DNA of 32,000 bases from Candidatus Saccharimonadota bacterium (GTDB taxonomy: Bacteria > Patescibacteriota > Gracilibacteria > Absconditabacterales > Absconditicoccaceae): assembly GCA_965231145.1 (NCBI GenBank), contig OZ246420.1, forward strand, positions 150,001 through 182,000, given 5' to 3'. The translations under genes and the position numbers were made by a program. Below the pieces are notes generated by a model that was not told the origin of the DNA, ran no database searches, and saw only the letters and a list, made by a program, of their open reading frames with translations. This document shows, piece after piece, positions 27,393 to 32,000 of this stretch; the stretch's first letter is position 1, and each line of letters starts with the position of its first letter.

Positions 27393-29442
27393 AATAGACA
27401 AGATCGCTTGAGATAAGATGTTGCAATGGTCCATTTATACATAAAGTGTAGATTTTGTCAATAACTACTTTCTGCGCAATACACTGAAGAAAAAAATCGT
27501 ATCCACCTATGATAACATTGTGTTTAGACTCTTTTATGACAAATATATTTTTCCCTTTACCGCCTGTGATATTTTCTCCGTGTACTTTGTGTTTTTCCGG
27601 CCTATGCTTATGCAGTCGAACGAGTAGTTCCTGAGAAGTCTGTTTATTGTTAGAAAAAACATAGATGTTATTAGCCTCATAATTTATTTTCTCTTTGCCG
27701 GGCCGCTCTTCAAGAGATGGAGCGTTAAATGTATGAGTGCCAGAAATTATGGTTGGCCAGTCTTTCTTTTGTCATGATAAAAAGACGGTGTTATACATAT
27801 CAAAGAGCTGTTGAAACTCACTGTAGTCAAGATAGGTATGAAGTTTCTTTACAAGAAAGTGTACTTCATCGCCGTAGAGCTTTGTGCTGATAGCGCATCT
27901 GTCTGAAATGATTTCAACAAATCTTGCTCGTTTTTCGTTAATAAGAGTGATGTCGTCTTCTGCTACTTCGTTTTGCAGGGAGTTTATAAGCTCATGTATT
28001 TGTTTGATCAGCATACTCGTCTTGTAGAAGTATGTATTGTCTATAACTCTGTCTATTTCTGTTGTATTGTTGCTTACATCTTTCATCAGATCTCCTACTT
28101 CTGTTTGCCAAATTCCAATAAAGATGACGAGCTTCGTATGCAAAGTAGTCCACGCAGATTCTTTGTGTGGTAAGATAAGCTGATCTTTATAGATCAGAGA
28201 ATCTGTCATCTGTAAAAGAGCATGAAGATCAAATAATTTTTGTTCCCATTTCATATGAGTATCATACCATCGATCCTGGTCAAAAAAGAAGATAGTAGTA
28301 TATGGCATGATCTCCTGTTCGCGAAGTTTTTCATACAGATAGTCATGAGTCATAATCTCGACGGTTTTTTGTTTCGCTTGTTGGTTTTTTTCTTTGAGAG
28401 CGTGATAGATTTTTCGATCAACATAATTATTCAAATCTATCGTACTATGGCCAGAGAGAGCATGAAAATAGTACTTAAGCGCAAAGTATATTTCACCATC
28501 ATCAAAGCTTTCTTTGCGGAAGAAAAGCGTCAAAAGTTCTTTGTTAAATACATAGGCAAAGCCCATGTCTATGTGTGTCAATCCAAGTTCATGGAGTAGG
28601 TTCTTTACAATGGTACCCTTGTTTCTTTGTGAAAATGCATAGATTACATTTTCTTTGGGAAGTTTTTTAAGAAGTTCCTTCAAAGGAGTATTGCCTATAA
28701 AATAACTGCTCTTGTCTGCAAAATCTTTGCTTTCCATTCATTCCTGTATACGTAGTTTTTTTTCATTATGCTGTACCTTTGACAGCATAGGAATGGCTCA
28801 TGTCAGGCGAATAGAAGGATGTGCTATATCCATGAGATCCGAGAGTGTTCATGAAGAGCGAGAAAGATAGAGCTCTATCTCAGGGTATTCTTCTGCAATC
28901 TTTGCGATGCGATGATGGCATTCGCGAAAGAGTTTATATGTTGCATATGCGTCATATAAAGCATCATGATGCGAAGACAAAAGCGCAGGAAGTTCTATTT
29001 CTTTCGTAGCAGGCAAAGACTTTTCGAGCACTTCCAGTGAGTAACTTGTAGAAAATGGCATCAGAGACTGCGCCAGCGGAAATGTATCTAACGCTTTATA
29101 GTAGGTCGCTTTCGTAAAGCGTTGTAGAAAGCGTATGTCAAACTGTACATTGTGACCTATGATCACAGTTTTCTTATCAAAAAAGCTTTCTATCTTTTCT
29201 GCAATCTCTCCAAACGTCGGTGCATTTATAACATCGTCTAAACTTAGACCAGTAATGACGCGTACGATATCTTTGAGCTCAGAGATCGGCTTCTCAGGCT
29301 TTATGTAACTCGAAAAAGAATCAATTATTTTTCGATTGTAATCAAAAGAGACTATCCCTATCTGGATAGCTTCATCTTTTTCAACGTCAAGTCCTGTTGT
29401 TTCAAAATCAAGACACACATACTTCAAATCGGATCTTAACAT
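27370..29442 (-). CDS. DnaQ-family 3'-5' exonuclease fused to a degenerate DinG-like (helicase-motif-eroded) region
   Basis: ORFs 28849..29442 and 27772..28737 share one frame. The gap has only TGAs (28849, 28798, 28738), and TGA at 27772 is read through to TAA at 27370..27372 (690 aa). Exo motifs are CLDFETTGLD, IIGHNVQFDIRFL and HDALYDAYAT. The downstream VEIMTHDYLY, TIFFFDQDRW, IISGTHTF and NVIIGGYDFF sit where DinG has NH.LL, DEAH, SATL and SFWEG. No intact Walker A is present. Confidence 0.8.
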
Positions 29443-29610
29443 AATGTAATTTATATCTTAAAACTCAGCTTTTTTTGTGTTTTCTGCTTTGAGCTACTAT
29501 AAGTATGCCCCATTGCAAATCAAATAGAGTTTCATATATTTCAGCTCAGAGAAAATAATAGATTCACAACAATAACTTATTCTCCTGTTTTATTTTTTTG
29601 TCTATGAAAT

Positions 29611-30933
29611 ATGCCATTGCTTCTGTGGCTTTTTCTTCTGGGAACGTCTCTCTACCATGTGTTGGTTACGGTAGTTGTTTATGGCATGTGACGGTCTCAT
29701 GCTGAAGTGCTTGTTATCATCAGAGATGGTTTGTGGCTCCTGTTTTTTCTTGTATCATGCGTCATACATAGAAAGCTTATAGTAGCGTATCTACAGCGTA
29801 CATGGTACTTGCGGCTGGTGTTTATCGCGCTTTGAACACTTGGGGTCGTCGTTTCTTGCTTTCATCAAAAACTTCCAGGTGATATCATTATAGGTGCGAA
29901 ATATGGTATGCAGTTTTTTGTTATTTTTCTTATGGCTATCTTCTTCTGATATGTCTTTTCGCAGCAGAAAGAAAAATATTATCCTTGGTTGAAAAAGATT
30001 TTTTTGATGATAGTAGTCGTGTTGATCGTGTGATTTGTCTGGCAAGCAGCAAAGATGCTTATGCCAGAGTTCTTTTATAGTATAGGTTATGCACCGCTAG
30101 GGGATTGGGTGTTTGGGCAAAATCCACCATTGTATTATCTTACCTGACCTGGATGATATGCAAGACTCAGTTGAATTTTCTCAGGACCAAATAACTATGG
30201 TTATCTTATGGTTGCACTCTTCGGTTTTTGGTGGCGGTATCTTCGCACTCGTGTACAGCATAAAACAACTAAAACGCTCTTACGATTGCTTTTTGGACTT
30301 TCTGTAGTTGGCACTCTTTCCAGAGGAGCTATCATATGAATATTTCTTCAGATTATAGCACTTTCATTTGTGTTATTGCATGCAAAGCGCAAGTATATCT
30401 GGTCGCTTATAGTTGTTGCAATTCTTGCGGTGGGAGTATTGAGTATTGTGAAGCGATGATCGACGTTAGAGCATGTGCGTACAAAGTTTGGAAGTCTTTC
30501 GTATGTGCGGTCAAATCCATGGGGCTATGGTCTTGGCTCGTCGGGTCCGAGCATCCATACATGACATGGCAATATACTTCCTGAAAATTTCTTTGTGCAG
30601 ATCCTGATCGACATAGGTATCCCAGGTTTGCTCTTATGGTTATTCTTTTGGTACCTTGTCTTACATAGCATGCGATCTAATAGAGCAAAGGTGAAAGATG
30701 AAAGAGCAAAGTTACATAAAGAAGAATTGTTGACTAGCAATCAGCAGACAAACCTATGAGATAACACTTTGTTAATATGTCTTTCATTTAGTTTTCTATG
30801 ATTGCTTCTCGAGGGGATGTTCTTACATGTCTTTGAAGACAGTATGGTGAATTATTGGTTCTTTATACTATGGGGAATAGTGTACGGATACGTACAAAGA
30901 AGTGAAAACTGAAAGAGTAGAGAGCAGAATTAA
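29611..30933 (+). CDS. O-antigen ligase / Wzy_C domain polytopic membrane protein
   Basis: One frame is open from 29503 to TAA at 30931..30933 with about 13 in-frame TGAs. ATG at 29611 was chosen as the start. It has many TM helices. Motifs are ARLS(G)IFSGPNNYGYLM, VGTLSRGAII(G), NPWGYGLGSSG and H(T)(G)HGNILPENFFVQILIDIGIPGLLLW, matching the Wzy_C pattern (R..g.f..pN; SRg; H.HN.yl..l.e.Gi.G). Confidence 0.85.
30681..30721 (+). repeat. in-frame heptamer array inside the Wzy_C gene, related to the 14831 hairpin arm
   Basis: TAGAGCA AAGGTGA AAGATGA AAGAGCA AAGTTAC encodes NRAKVKDERAKLHK in a loop between TM helices. 30692..30714 matches 14831..14853 at 20/23. Confidence 0.45.
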
Positions 30934-30983
30934 ATACGGATGAGTAGTTGATAGCTTTCATCGTGTAATATAATTAATAAGAG

Positions 30984-31012
30984 AACTCTCAGGGTCACTG
31001 CTGAGAGTTTTT
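30984..31012. terminator. hairpin terminator between convergent Wzy_C and pilin-like genes
   Basis: Stem AACTCTCAG (30984..30992) / CTGAGAGTT (31001..31009), an 8-nt loop, then TTTTC. Confidence 0.65.
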
Positions 31013-31041
31013 CTATGATTAATTTTGCTCTTTTAATGTGT

Positions 31042-32000
31042 TTATTGTAATAAGACGAAGTTAGTAACAACGTATGCTGTTCCAATGATGATGATACCTA
31101 TGATAATATAGAGGAAATTTCTTTTGATCTTGTCGATTTGTTTTTCGTCGGTCGGGTTTCTGAGAAGGCTGATAGCCTCTATGATAATGAGTACGAGTAC
31201 GATAAATCCTACAAGTCCCATAACCCGGTTGAGCACAACATAGAGCCATGCAAACGATTTGTCTGCAAGCACGCCGCTGCCGATATCTGCAAGTGATGTG
31301 GCAAATGGATTTACCACTTCAGCTTCCTTTCCGTAAATAGTTTCTGCAAGAGATTTTGAAAAGATGATAGTCAATATACCGATGGTGTTCCATATGATGA
31401 TCGTTTTAGCATGGTCCTTTATCTTATCATCTGGACTCATCACAAATCTATACATATGAAGAAGGAGTATGAGGAAGAGTACTCCCATTACTAAGAACAT
31501 GATCATCTTGAGAAACGGAAATATGATCAGACTGTAGAGTTTCCATGCTGCTATATTTCCTTGAAAGAAGCCGTTGAAGTCGAGGACTCCTCATGCTCCG
31601 ATCAGTCTGCTTGCGATAAACGAAGCAGAAAGCATGATGATGATTCCTACGACGCCCCGAAGAAGATACGCAAATCATTTCTTTTGTGCGTCGTCTTTGT
31701 CGGCAGACATAATTTCGTAAAATCCTATGATTGCCATAAGTATCCCAACGATGATGAAAGCTGGGATGATAATCTTTTGTACTACCGCAATGATCGTATC
31801 TCTTGCGCCTTCAGCACCACCTCGTGCACCGGCGAAACCCGCGCCTTCAAGATGATTTTGGATAGGTAATGTGGTTTCTCTGATGGCTATATCAAAGCGA
31901 GAAAATAATAACGATCCTACTGTGGTTCCCATAAATGCGCCTATAACTCCTGCTCATCCACTACCTCCAAGAGCTCCAACAACACCCATGGGCGTGGTGG
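31042..32000 (-). CDS. polytopic membrane protein made of three tandem T4SS-pilin-like (TM-loop-TM) modules; N-terminus beyond the window
   Basis: ORFs 31042..31506 and 31675..31932 share one frame. The gap contains only TGAs (31591, 31675), and the frame stays open to base 32000 (a further TGA near 31963). The modules are IIPAFIIVGILMAIIGFYEIMSADKDDAQKK(G)FAYLLRGVVGIIIMLSASF, MIMFLVMGVLFLILLLHMYRFVMSPDDKIKDHAKTIIIWNTIGILTIIFS and MGLVGFIVLVLIIIEAISLLRNPTDEKQIDKIKRNFLYIIIGIIIIGTAY. Stop is TAA at 31042..31044. Confidence 0.7.

Noticed and set aside
27021-27416. 131-aa + strand ORF.
   Set aside because: It is antisense to the HExxH peptidase gene and has no motifs of its own.
1-32000. Reading the window as a decaying genome full of fragmented pseudogenes (many short same-frame ORFs under the standard code).
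   Set aside because: All interruptions are TGA, never TAA/TAG. The fragments are always in the same frame, and the TGA positions coincide with conserved glycines. Stop-codon reassignment explains everything without invoking decay.
22700-32000. The accessory-looking 3' third of the window as a mobile genetic island or prophage remnant.
   Set aside because: I could not recognise an integrase, transposase, recombinase, flanking direct repeats or an adjacent tRNA target. The tRNA-Leu is 4 kb away and separated from this region by housekeeping genes.

Overview
This is a 32-kb window from a low-GC bacterial genome. It is only interpretable if UGA is read as glycine (translation table 25, as in Gracilibacteria/Absconditabacteria-type CPR bacteria). 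Under the standard code nearly every conserved gene is broken into collinear same-frame fragments separated only by TGA. Reading TGA as Gly gives about 35 tightly packed genes, and all of them end in TAA or TAG. CDS coordinates below include the stop codon, as in the ORF track.

Bases 1-22.8 kb are mostly housekeeping genes on the + strand. They include alaS, an LCP-family protein, a BatA-like vWA protein, holA, efp, a RumA/RlmD-type methyltransferase, a type IV pilin, a sigma factor, HU, murE, a DUF58 protein, ssb, lepB, an ABC-2 permease, Hsp20 and tsaD, plus tRNA-Leu(CAA) on the - strand.

Bases 22.7-32 kb look accessory and envelope-related. A - strand operon encodes a DnaQ-exonuclease fused to a degenerate DinG-like region, a membrane-anchored HExxH peptidase, a PilX-like anchored protein, a processive GT2 synthase and an alpha/beta hydrolase. 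A divergent Wzy_C (O-antigen-ligase-like) gene and a triple tandem pilin-like membrane protein follow.

The most unusual signal is a set of long imperfect hairpins and tandem arrays built from 7-nt units. They sit immediately after stop codons as likely terminators. Related arrays also occur in frame inside rlmD-like, DUF58, tsaD and Wzy_C coding sequences. No transposase, integrase, CRISPR array or rRNA was seen. All calls are by hand translation and motif recall; no database search was possible.
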